Shown: positions 22,226-22,246 of the stretch, piece after piece | How positions within the stretch are numbered: the stretch's first letter is position 1 | Layout: each line of letters opens with the position of its first letter | Origin: a virus | Taxonomy: Duplodnaviria; Heunggongvirae; Uroviricota; Caudoviricetes | DNA: 22,246 bases | Reading direction: 5' to 3' (one strand) | IMG/VR virus record: IMGVR_UViG_2706795421_000001 | Span: 1 to 22,246 of that record | Program-made: the position numbers and the translations under genes | The notes under the pieces: generated by a model | Seen by the model: only the letters and a program-made list of their open reading frames with translations | Told to the model about the DNA's origin: nothing | The model's database searches: none

Positions 22226-22246
22226 TCAGCTTTCCACTGCTTCTTC
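22226..22246 (-). CDS. Probable 3-prime end of an upstream gene truncated by the window edge
   Basis: Minus-strand frame E-E-A-V-E-S followed by TGA TAA immediately before the terminator. Confidence 0.4.
   Translation of the reverse strand, partial: EEAVES

Noticed and set aside
1-22246. tRNA, rRNA, intron, retron or DGR
   Set aside because: No cloverleaf, reverse transcriptase, homing endonuclease or template/variable repeat pair was recognised by eye; tRNAscan-SE and Infernal would be needed to exclude them.

Overview
This window looks like one end of a lytic Pseudomonas myovirus genome. The gene set and organisation suggest a KPP10/PAK_P3-like (Nankokuvirus-type) phage; this is inferred from recalled gene content, not from a search. 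(1) 1-990 is non-coding and packed with ATTGTGTAAC repeats in mirror orientation plus 15-bp palindromes, suggesting a terminus, packaging or origin region. (2) 1054-12149 is a rightward early-type region. It opens with a tandem array of six paralogous genes carrying seven copies of one unknown domain. About 5984-10696 is a temperate-phage-like mosaic with an intact LexA (SOS) box, a CX5R phosphatase and an ead/Ea22-like gene, followed by a DUF1643 gene. (3) A terminator near 12154-12180 marks the strand switch. (4) 12418-22115 is leftward and encodes a type IV prepilin-like mini-protein, an HslV-like Ntn peptidase, a UvrD-like helicase, an HTH protein, a SLOG/DprA-like protein, a SleB-like cell wall hydrolase, an ATP-dependent DNA ligase and a dCMP deaminase. 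Several sigma70-type promoters sit inside hairpins; in two cases the -35 TTGACA lies in the loop of a terminator-like stem. No tRNA, CRISPR array, integrase or transposase was recognised. All family calls come from motifs read by eye.
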